64,000 bases of DNA from contig OZ024748.1 in NCBI GenBank assembly GCA_964016885.1, positions 28,458,001-28,522,000 on the forward strand. Reading direction: 5' to 3'. Below the pieces are notes generated by a model, which saw only the letters and a list, made by a program, of their open reading frames with translations, was not told the DNA's origin and did not search any database. Of the stretch, positions 54,213 through 64,000 are shown in pieces. The translations under genes were made by a program, and so were the position numbers. Source of the DNA: Eledone cirrhosa. Lineage: Eukaryota. How positions within the stretch are numbered: the stretch's first letter is position 1; each line of letters opens with the position of its first letter.

Positions 54213-55083
54213 TACCTCATTTTACTAGTCTCAAGAACGCGTCCACACGACGTGAGAAAGAATCCCAAAAGGCGGAGGGGGAGATAGTCACGCGATATAA
54301 CGGTCGAGAAACAGAGCTAAGCCTCTTATAACCACGAAAAAAAATACCACGGAGGCGGAGGGGGTATTCATATCGAGGCCGTAGAAGAGGTAGTGAAGAA
54401 GGCGAGAAGTATGAGTAATGGAAGCTTTCCAGTTGTCCCCACACTTCAAAGATTGCTCGACCAGAGGGAGTTATTAATACATTTAGAAACACACAGATAC
54501 ATGCGGACACACACATATATACATGAATGCATCCGCACCCAACTGTGAGTTAAGGGTGCCAACTTCACCGATGTTGCTCAATGAATGACTGGGACAGGCC
54601 AATTCAGTTTGAACCAGACTGAACCAGTATCAGAGTTAAAAATACATTATGTATTTTTAACTCTGATACTGGTTCAGTCTGGTTCAAACTGAATTGGCCT
54701 GTCCCAGTCATTCATTGAGCAACATCGGTGAAGTTGGCACCCTTAACTCACAGTTGGGTGCGGATGCATTCATGTATATATGTGTGTGTCCGCATGTATC
54801 TGTGTGTTTCTAAATGTATTAATAACTCCCTCTGGTCGAGCAATCTTTGAAGTGTGGGGACAACTGGAAAGCTTCCATTACTCATACTTCTCGCCTTCTT
54901 CACTACCTCTTCTACGGCCTCGATATGAATACTCCCTCCGCCTCCGTGGTATTTTTTTTCGTGGTTATAAGAGGCTTAGCTCTGTTTCTCGACCGTTATA
55001 TCGCGTGACTATCTCCCCCTCCGCCTTTTGGGATTCTTTCTCACGTCGTGTGGACGCGTTCTTGAGACTAGTAAAATGAGGTA

Positions 55084-55171
55084 TCCTCTTGATAAGTCGG
55101 CAGACCTCGCAAGGACTCTATATCTTTGATATATTGTTTTTGTTTATGCCACGAAACTACGTAGTCGAGGA
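55084..55171 (+). ncRNA. Type I hammerhead ribozyme, inverted unit
   Basis: Stem I 55084-88/55167-71; core 55089-95; stem II 55096-102/55147-52; GAAA 55153-56; cleavage predicted after C55166. Confidence 0.8.
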
Positions 55172-55408
55172 ATTTAGGAACAGTTTAGGTATGATACATT
55201 TTATTACTAATTATATCTAAATGTTTCTTCTCTCTTCATAATGTATTTTTAACTCTGATACTGGTTCAGTCTGGTTCAAACTGAATTGGCCTGTCCCAGT
55301 CATTCATTGAGCAACATCGGTGAAGTTGGCACACTTAACTCACAGTTGGGTGCGGATGCATTCATGTATATATGTGTGTGTCCGCATGTATCTGTGTGTT
55401 TCTAAATG

Positions 55409-55661
<253 letters not shown>

Positions 55662-55691
55662 TAACAGATTTTAGTCTTCAAATTTATTATT

Positions 55692-55880
55692 GTGGATTGG
55701 CAGTATCGGTAGATGGTCGGACGCCATGCTTTCCAGCATAGTTACGTTCCTTCACGATCTGAGTTCAAATCCCGCCGAGGTTGATTTTGCCTTTCATCCT
55801 TACGGGGTCGATAAAATAAAAGTACCAGTGATGCACTGGGTAATTGCTGGCCTTGTGCCTAAAGTAGAAACAATTATTAT
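55692..55880 (+). mobile_element. SINE family A copy
   Basis: A/B boxes and body. Confidence 0.88.
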
Positions 55881-55911
55881 TAGTATATATATATTTTTTT
55901 AAACATGACTT

Positions 55912-56380
55912 TCCGTATTTATTACTGTTGTTAGATATGGAGGTTTTTTGGTTGTCACTTCTCTGTTTTTAGCCTAAGAAAATATATATATGCATGTGTA
56001 TATAATTACATGCATACATTTATTTATTTTAATTAATTGAGTTCTTAACACGTGGAATTGATATTGGTTTTGAAATAACTAATTAACCCGCGTGTATTAA
56101 ATATTTTACTCTTAATTTGGCCAGAGATTTACATTCCCAATCGCCTTTTAAAGCGTAACATTCCCAATCGCCTTTTAAAGCGTAACTTTTAAACCGTATT
56201 TACTGCAGTTATGAGATGCGGCACGTTATTTTGGTATCACTTCTGTTTTTAGCCTAAGAAAATATCTATATGCGTGTGTAATTAATACACGCATACATTT
56301 ATTTTTTTTATTTCAATTGAGTTCTTAACACGTTGGATTGATAATGTTTTTGAAAAAACTAATTAACCCACGTGTTTATT
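55912..56380. repeat. Diverged tandem duplication (~280-bp period) plus an exact 27-bp duplication at 56131-56184
   Basis: ctgtttttagcctaagaaaatat and gagttcttaacacgt each occur twice. Confidence 0.75.
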
Positions 56381-56869
56381 ATTTTCTTTTCTCGTGAATC
56401 GTGGTTGTCTCCCTTTCCCGCTTAGTGACGCTATGATACTTCCTCAGTCAAAAGACTGCTGGAATTTCAAATTTGGCAGTCATTCCATGCGTGAAGGAGC
56501 AGCTTAGCAGACACGATTTTTAACTGCGGTAAGAATTTTTTCTTATATCAAAGTTTAATGGGCTTCCACTGAAGATTTATAAGTGCCCACCTAAATATAT
56601 TCTTACATGAATATATGTTAGGCTTCTACATAAACTGGAAACATTCTCCCAATTTGTAGAAAACTTATAATGAAACAATTGTTTAGAAAGAGAGATATAT
56701 TTTAACTTTAATTATATCTCATAAAATAATACAACTGGCTTTCCACAAAATACATATAGTTAGCACCCCAAACACTTAAATTGGGTTTATACTAACATAT
56801 AACCTAATGTTTCTTGAGTGAGATGGTTACCAGTCGGAGTTTAGCTTTAAGCTATCTCTGTTATTGTAT

Positions 56870-56952
<83 letters not shown>

Positions 56953-57035
56953 TGGATTCTTATAGAATTCCAGTAATAATCAGGAGCTGATTATACAGAG
57001 CGATTGCCGGTCCAGCAAAAATTAGGTATTGGGTT

Positions 57036-57332
57036 TGGTGCTCTGAAATAGCGATGTATACATGAATGTATGTATACTATATTTGGCAATATACCGTATG
57101 TTTAATTAAAAGCGGCGGAATTTTCGGAAGCAGGAGATGCGTGGCTCTGATGATCGCCAAACAGCAATAAACAGACTGATAGCTTCTCTCCTTTCTTTCG
57201 CCGAAAAGAAGTAAATGACGTAGTCACTACTTTAAAACCGATAGCGTATGGTCTTCTAAATGTTTTTAATTGGTATATTGCCAAATATACTATACATACA
57301 TTCATGTATACATCGCTATTTCAGAGCACCAA
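57036..57332. repeat. ~60-bp inverted repeats around a ~175-bp spacer (MITE-like/fold-back)
   Basis: ttggtgctctgaaatagcgatgtatacatgaatg... vs ...cattcatgtatacatcgctatttcagagcaccaa. Confidence 0.75.
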
Positions 57333-57394
57333 TCCTAATATATATATATATCAATGATATTAATAAATGGAAACTATATTTATGAAACCATATT

Positions 57395-57455
57395 TATTTT
57401 ATTATATATATTTCAAGGGTACCAAAATTTTGGTACGCACTCATCAGATAAAATA
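57395..57455 (-). ncRNA. Type I hammerhead motif (P2), left repeat
   Basis: tattttat CTGATGA gtgc gtaccaa-aatt-ttggtac cctt GAAA tatataTA ataaaata. Confidence 0.72.
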
Positions 57456-57621
57456 CAAAATTTGTTTTATAAATGGTGACATACCCAAGAAATCAGACCT
57501 TTCGGTTCAGGTTCAGTTTGGATAGTGAAATTAGGTTGAAACGTAAGGCTGAAAAAAGATCGTTATATTTAGACGCTAGGTAAATTTAAATAATTATTAG
57601 GATAATTTATAAATGGAAGAA

Positions 57622-57750
57622 GAAAGAAAAAAAGAAAAAAGAAAAAAAGAAAAAAAGAAAAAAGAAAAAAGAAAAAAGAAAAAAGAAAAAAGAAAAAAGA
57701 AAAAAGAAAAAAGAAAAAAGAAAAAAGAAAAAAGAAAAAAGAAAAAAAGA
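57622..57750. repeat. (AAAAAG)n microsatellite
   Basis: Direct reading. Confidence 0.95.
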
Positions 57751-58886
57751 GACGTTAATATTAATATTAGTGTGTAAGAAAATTTAAGGAATGATTATAA
57801 GAAAAAATTATAGTTATAAATACAGTATTATTATTAAGACAAAATTGTATGGATCATATCAGTGATGGTGTAAAGAGAGTGATATAATTATATTTAATTA
57901 TTTAATTATATAATCATATATTTTGGTAGTATCTATAAAATAATATGAGAGTTAAGAATGTGTTGAAGTGGTAGAATACCAATTTAAAATTTAAATTTTT
58001 TTTTTTAAATTGAGATATACAACAAATTATTGGATCTATTCAAATCATGAGTTATAATATTATATAGATAATATTTATAAGTATATTTTAAGGTTGCAAG
58101 TATATTTTAGTTTACAACGGGTATATATAAGTATTTATATAAATATTTTTGGAGAGTATATATGTTGTTATTTTCACTAGATAGATAAATTAAATATTTC
58201 TATATATATTAAGGGTTACGAAGAATTTTGCGTTTACATTTTCAATATATAGTTAAGAAAAGGACGTAGTTATAAATTTTATTTGAGAAGATTATTTTGT
58301 ACATTCAGATAGTTCAATCAAGATAGGAAACATTCACTAAAAATTTATTAAGTCAACGAAAATAAATATTTATGTAAAGTTTTTACGTACAAGGAATGTT
58401 TAAGCGTGTTATATTATAAAGGAAAAGATAACTCCAATGTTTCTTAGTTAAAATAATTGTTACATTTGTCATTTGATTCTAGAATTTACTTTTACAATTA
58501 AGATATATGCGGAATATAAGTAGAAAAAATTAATATATTATTTTGTATATGATTATAAGGTATTTTAAATTAGATGTTTTCAAAGATAAGAATTATTTTA
58601 TATATGTATTTAGATAGTATTATCTACATCAATGCATGTGTTAAATGTTATATAGTGAAAAAATATTATTACAGACATCATAAGTATATTTAGAAACATT
58701 ATCAAAATTACCACAAAAAAGATATATTTCAAAATATGATTGAAAACCATTAAAAAGAATATCATTTGTAAAAGAATATCATTTGAAAAATATTAGATAA
58801 AAAGAAAAATATCATTTAAAAATCACCGGAAAATCAAGACAAAAACAAAGTGAAGACATATAAAATGTAAACAAGTGAAACATATT

Positions 58887-59238
58887 CTATAGATTAAAGA
58901 TACTTCTGAAAGTCATTCTTTGGCGATGTCTACAAGAACTGAATAATTCATTCTTTTTGTTAATAGAGTTTTGGCAGGTAAGTATATAAAATATTTCTTC
59001 AATACACAACTGATAAATTCTTGAGAGAGCCATATTTCGGTATGCGGGCGTTTTCGAAATCGTTCCCCAAGAGATTGAATAGTCAGTATTATTGTCTTTT
59101 AAGTACCAAATTAGATGTGAAAGTGATGTAGAAAATTTGTTATCGGATCTATTAAAAGTATGTTTGTGATTATACAAGCGTTCTTTAAATTTTGTAGAAG
59201 TGGCTCCTATATAGTTATATATTTTATCTCTAGTTTTT
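58887..59238 (-). pseudogene. GIY-YIG endonuclease C-terminal half
   Basis: Frame extends upstream of ORF 58887-59177 to give YNYIGAT..FKER; truncated at the inverted repeat. Confidence 0.75.
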
Positions 59239-59309
59239 ACTATCCAAACTGAACCTGAACCGAAAGGTCTGGTTTCTTGGGTATGTCACCATTTATAAAA
59301 CAAATTTTG

Positions 59310-59370
59310 TATTTTATCTGATGAGTGCGTACCAAAATGTTGGTACTCTTGAAATATATATAATAAAATA
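59310..59370 (+). ncRNA. Type I hammerhead motif (P2), right repeat
   Basis: tattttat CTGATGA gtgc gtaccaa-aatg-ttggtac tctt GAAA tatataTA ataaaata. Confidence 0.72.
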
Positions 59371-59502
59371 AATATGGTTTTATAAATATAGTTTCCATTT
59401 ATTAATATCATTGATATTATACTCCAGAGGAATGCTGTAGAGTGCTTCGAATCTGTTATAAATAAATTTGTTGAATAACCAACAAATTAAATATCTCTTG
59501 GC

Positions 59503-59560
<58 letters not shown>

Positions 59561-59585
59561 AAATGGCGTGCTGCGTGGTTGCAAA

Positions 59586-59622
<37 letters not shown>

Positions 59623-59632
59623 TATATATATA

Positions 59633-59770
59633 TACGTCCCTTTACGGGCTGAGTTCAAATTCCACCGAGGTTAACTTTGCCTTTCATCCTTACGGGGTCG
59701 ATAAAATAAAGTACCAGTAATACACTGGGTAATTTCTGGCCTTGTGCCAAAAAAGTAGAAACAATTATTA
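59633..59770 (+). mobile_element. SINE family A, head-truncated
   Basis: B box plus body. Confidence 0.82.
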
Positions 59771-59792
59771 ATATTTGAAATACTCAGATTAC

Positions 59793-59847
<55 letters not shown>

Positions 59848-59852
59848 TATAT

Positions 59853-59916
<64 letters not shown>

Positions 59917-59929
59917 CACACACATATAT

Positions 59930-60027
<98 letters not shown>

Positions 60028-60342
60028 CATATGTACTCATTAAAATATCTATCAATTAAAATTCCACTTTCCTGAATGGACCTACACTGACAATATACAC
60101 CCACTGTAGCTTGAACACATACATTCACTCAGGTATGCGCAGATTAATGCACATGAACACATGCAAACATAGATACATGCACACATGCTCACGCACATAT
60201 ATGTGTGTGTATACATCTACTCAAATGCATACACCAAAAAAACAAAAAACTCACATACACACACACACTAACATACACGTAGACATATATTCAAGAGGTA
60301 TGTTCCCGCATTAAACCCCTTTACTGAAATTATGACAAATCC

Positions 60343-60406
60343 CTACAACTACTACTACTGCTACTACTACTACTACTACTACCACCATCACCACTACTAC
60401 AACAAC

Positions 60407-60438
<32 letters not shown>

Positions 60439-60537
60439 TCACCACCACCACCACCACCACCTCTACTACTACTACAACTACTACTACTACTACTACTACC
60501 ACTACTACTACCACCATCACCACCACCACCTCCACCT

Positions 60538-60571
<34 letters not shown>

Positions 60572-60601
60572 CACTACTACTACCACCATCACCACCACCA
60601 T

Positions 60602-60651
<50 letters not shown>

Positions 60652-60751
60652 TCACCACCACCATCACCACTATCACCACCACTGCTACTACTACTACTAC
60701 TACTACTACCACTACAACTACCACCATCACCACCACCATCACCACCACCAT

Positions 60752-60789
<38 letters not shown>

Positions 60790-60811
60790 TCACCACCACC
60801 ATCACCACTAT

Positions 60812-60859
<48 letters not shown>

Positions 60860-60901
60860 CACTACTACTACCACCATCACCACCACCATCACCACCACCA
60901 T

Positions 60902-60942
<41 letters not shown>

Positions 60943-60964
60943 TCACCACCACCATCACCACTAT

Positions 60965-61003
<39 letters not shown>

Positions 61004-61063
61004 CACTACTACTACCACCATCACCACCACCATCACCACCACCATCACCACTACTACTACTGC

Positions 61064-61095
<32 letters not shown>

Positions 61096-61117
61096 TCACC
61101 ACCACCATCACCACTAT

Positions 61118-61159
<42 letters not shown>

Positions 61160-61189
61160 CACTACTACTACCACCATCACCACCACCAT

Positions 61190-61245
<56 letters not shown>

Positions 61246-61271
61246 TCACCACCACCATCACCACTATCACC

Positions 61272-61302
<31 letters not shown>

Positions 61303-61324
61303 TCACCACCACCATCACCACTAT

Positions 61325-61389
<65 letters not shown>

Positions 61390-61411
61390 TCACCACCACC
61401 ATCACCACTAT

Positions 61412-61470
<59 letters not shown>
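60343..61470. repeat. (TAC)n/(CAC-CAT)n alternating compound array
   Basis: Direct reading. Confidence 0.95.
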
Positions 61471-61567
61471 TGTAGATAGTAAAATCCTAAGAAAGGAGAC
61501 TTTAAAGTTTAAGAGAGTTGTGTTGTGAGGGGGTAGTGGCAAAGTAATGGAGGTAGGAGTATCGTTG

Positions 61568-61753
61568 GGATTGTGAGAGTGGAGAGACTGTACTGTGAGG
61601 GAGGGGCTGGGGAGGTGGCTGCCATCAGGATTGTGAGAGTGGAGAGACTGTACTGTGAGGGAGGGGCTGGGGAGGTGGCTGCCATCAGGATTGTGAGAGT
61701 GGAGAGACTGTACTGTGAGGGAGGGGCTGGGGAGATGGCTGCCATCAGGATTG
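61568..61753. repeat. 60-bp tandem repeat, 3 copies
   Basis: ggattgtgagagtggagagactgtactgtgagggaggggctggggaggtggctgccatca. Confidence 0.92.
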
Positions 61754-61834
61754 AACCCACTTCAGACTGATACAGGTAATTAGCAGTAATTAGTGATGTT
61801 AAGCTATGTCGTCATTAGGATAGAGTGGCGGCAG

Positions 61835-64000
61835 TGGCGATGGTGGTGTTGGTTGTGGTGGTGGTTGTGGCGGTTGTGGTGGTGGTTGTGGCGGTTGTGG
61901 TGGTGGTGGTGGTTGTGGTGGTGGTAGTGGTGGTGGTGGTGGTGGTTGTGGTGGTGGTGGTGGTTGTGGTGGTGGTAGTGGTGGTGGTGGTGGTGGTTGT
62001 GGTGGTGGTGGTTGTGGTGGTGGTGGTGGTGTGTGGCGGTTGTGGTGGTGGTGGTGGTTGTGGTGGTGGTAGTGGTGGTGGTGGTGGTGGTGGTTGTGGC
62101 GGTTGTGGTGGTGGTGGTGGTGGTAGTGGTGGTGGTGGTGGTGGTTGTGGTGGTGGTGGTTGTGGTGGTGGTGGTGGTGGTGGTGGTGGTTGTGGTGGTG
62201 GTTGTGGCGGTTGTGGTGGTGGTGGTTGTGGTGGTGGTGGTTGTGGTGGTGGTGGTGGTGGTGGTGGTTGTGGTGGTGTTGGTTGTGGTGGTGGTGATGG
62301 TGGTGGTGGTGGTGGTGGTTGTGGTGGTGGTTGTGGTGGAGGTGGTTGTGGTGGTGTTGGTTGTGGTGGTGGTTGTGGTGGTGGTGGTGGTTGTGGTGGT
62401 GGTTGTGGTGGTGGTTGTGGTGGTGGTGGTTGTGGTGGTGGTGGTGGTGGTGGTTGTGGTGGTGGTTGTGGTGGAGGTGGTTGTGGTGGTGGTGGTTGTG
62501 GTGGTGGTGGTGGTGTTGGTTGTGGTGCTGATTGTGGTGGTGGTGGTGGTTGTGGTGGTGGTTGTGGTGGTGGTGGTTGTGGTGGTGGTGGTTGTGGTGG
62601 TGGTGGTGGTGGTGGTTGTGGTGGTGGTTGTGGTGGAGGTGGTTGTGGTGGTGGTGGTTGTGGTGGTGGTGGTGGTGTTGGTTGTGGTGGTGGTTGTGGT
62701 GGTGGTGGTGGTCGTGGTGGTGGTGGTTGTGGTGGTGGTGGTGGTGGTTGTGGTGGTGGTGGTGGTGGTGGTTGTGGTGGTGGTGGTGGTGGTGGTTGTG
62801 GTGGTGGTTGTGGTGGAGGTGGTTGTGGTGGTGGTGGTTGTGGTGGTGGTGGTGGTGTTGGTTGTGGTGGTGGTTGTGGTGGTGGTGGTGGTTGTGGTGG
62901 TGGTTGTGGTGGTGGTGGTTGTGGTGGTGGTGGTTGTGGTGGAGGTGGTTGTGGTGGTGGTGGTGGTTGTGGTGGTGGTGGTTGTGGTGGTGGTGGTTGT
63001 GGTGGTGGTTGTGGTGGAGGTGGTCGTGGTGATGGTGGTTGTGGTGGTGGTGGTGGTGGTGTTGGTTGTGGTGGTGGTTGTGGTGGTGGTGGTGGTTGTG
63101 GTGGTGGTGGTTGTGGTGGTGGTGGTGGTGGTGGTTGTGGTGGTGGTGGTTGTGGTGGTGGTGGTGGTGGTTGTGGTGGTGGTGGTGGTGTTGGTTGTGG
63201 TGGTGGTTGTGGTGGTGGTTGTGGTGGTGGTGGTTGTGGTGGTGGTGGTGGTGGTTGTGGTGGTGGTGGTGGTGGTGGTTGTGGTGGTGGTGGTGGTGGT
63301 GGTGGTTGTGGTGGTGGTGGTTGTGGTGGTGGTGGTGGTGTTGGTTGTGGTGGTGGTTGTGGTGGTGGTGGTTGTGGTGGTGGTGGTTGTGGTGGTGGTG
63401 GTTGTGGTGGTGGTGGTTGTGGCGGAGGTGGTTGTGGTGGTGGTGGTGGTGTTGGTTGTGGTGGTGGTTGTGGTGGTGGTGGTGGTTGTGGTGGTGGTTG
63501 TGGTGGTGGTGGTTGTGGTGGTGGTGGTTGTGGTGGTGGTGGTGGTGGTTGTGGTGGTGGTTGTGGTGGAGGTGGTTGTGATGGTGGCGTTTGTGGTGGT
63601 GGTGGTGGTGTTGGTTGTTGTGGTGATTGTGGTGGTGGTGGTGGTTGTGGTGGTGGTTGTGGTGGTGGTGGTTGTGGTGGTGGTGGTTGTGGTGGTGGTG
63701 GTGGTGGTGGTTGTGGTGGTGGTTGTGGTGGAGGTGGTTGTGGTGGTGGTGGTTGTGGTGGTGGTGGTGGTGTTGGTTGTGGTGGTGGTTGTGGTGGTGG
63801 TGGTGGTTGTGGTGGTGGTGGTTGTGGTGGTGGTGGTGGTGGTTGTGGTGGTGGTGGTGGTGGTGGTGGTGGTGGTGGTGGTGATTGTGGTGGGTGCGAT
63901 TGTGGTGGTGATGTTGGTAGTGGTGGTGGTGTTAGTAGTGGGGGTGGTGTTGGTAGTGGTGGTGTTCGTTGTGGTTATGGTGGTGGTGGTGGTGGTGGGG
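61835..64000. repeat. (GGT)n/(TGT) array running to the window end
   Basis: Direct reading; source of the poly-W ORFs. Confidence 0.95.

Larger units (their letters stand above)
57347..59500 (-). mobile_element. Truncated Penelope-like element (Naiad-like GIY-YIG, family P2) with ~180-bp inverted repeats carrying hammerheads
   Basis: IR 57347-57526 / 59239-59417; YIGATSTKFKERLYNH...LCIEE...INKKNELFSSCRH. Confidence 0.8.

Noticed and set aside
53026-55079. Repeated 99-aa ORF MCVSACICVF... in the 592-bp unit
   Set aside because: Starts in a TG-rich stretch, has no recognisable domain and is frameshifted in unit 2; not called a CDS
61835-64000. Telomeric array or Trp-rich proteins
   Set aside because: Unit is GGT/TGT, not TTAGGG; ORFs are repeat translations

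Overview
Repeat-dominated, AT-rich eukaryotic DNA; the SINE families resemble those I recall from octopod cephalopods (inference). No confidently identifiable host gene, rRNA or CRISPR is present, and nearly all long ORFs are microsatellite artefacts. Mobile elements: an R4/Dong-like 3' end and two Tx1/L1-like elements stacked at (TAA)n tracts (1-9.4 kb), two RTE-like LINE remnants, further R4/Dong-like remnants, a Helitron helicase fragment, a hAT-like MITE with an internal 29-bp array, and about 11 copies or fragments of one tRNA-headed SINE. There are also kb-scale GGT/CAC/GAT/TAC arrays and a 200-N gap. The main hidden signal is RNA-level: about 13 type I hammerhead ribozyme motifs (some degenerate) from several families, mostly tied to Penelope-like GIY-YIG remnants and inverted repeats. 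The best case is a near-identical 592-bp unit arranged as three tandem copies plus an inverted ~1.3 copies (52861-55411). Each full unit carries a hammerhead with a U3-A8 core variant, a branched stem II and a palindromic stem III, making it a candidate retrozyme/circular-RNA-producing element.
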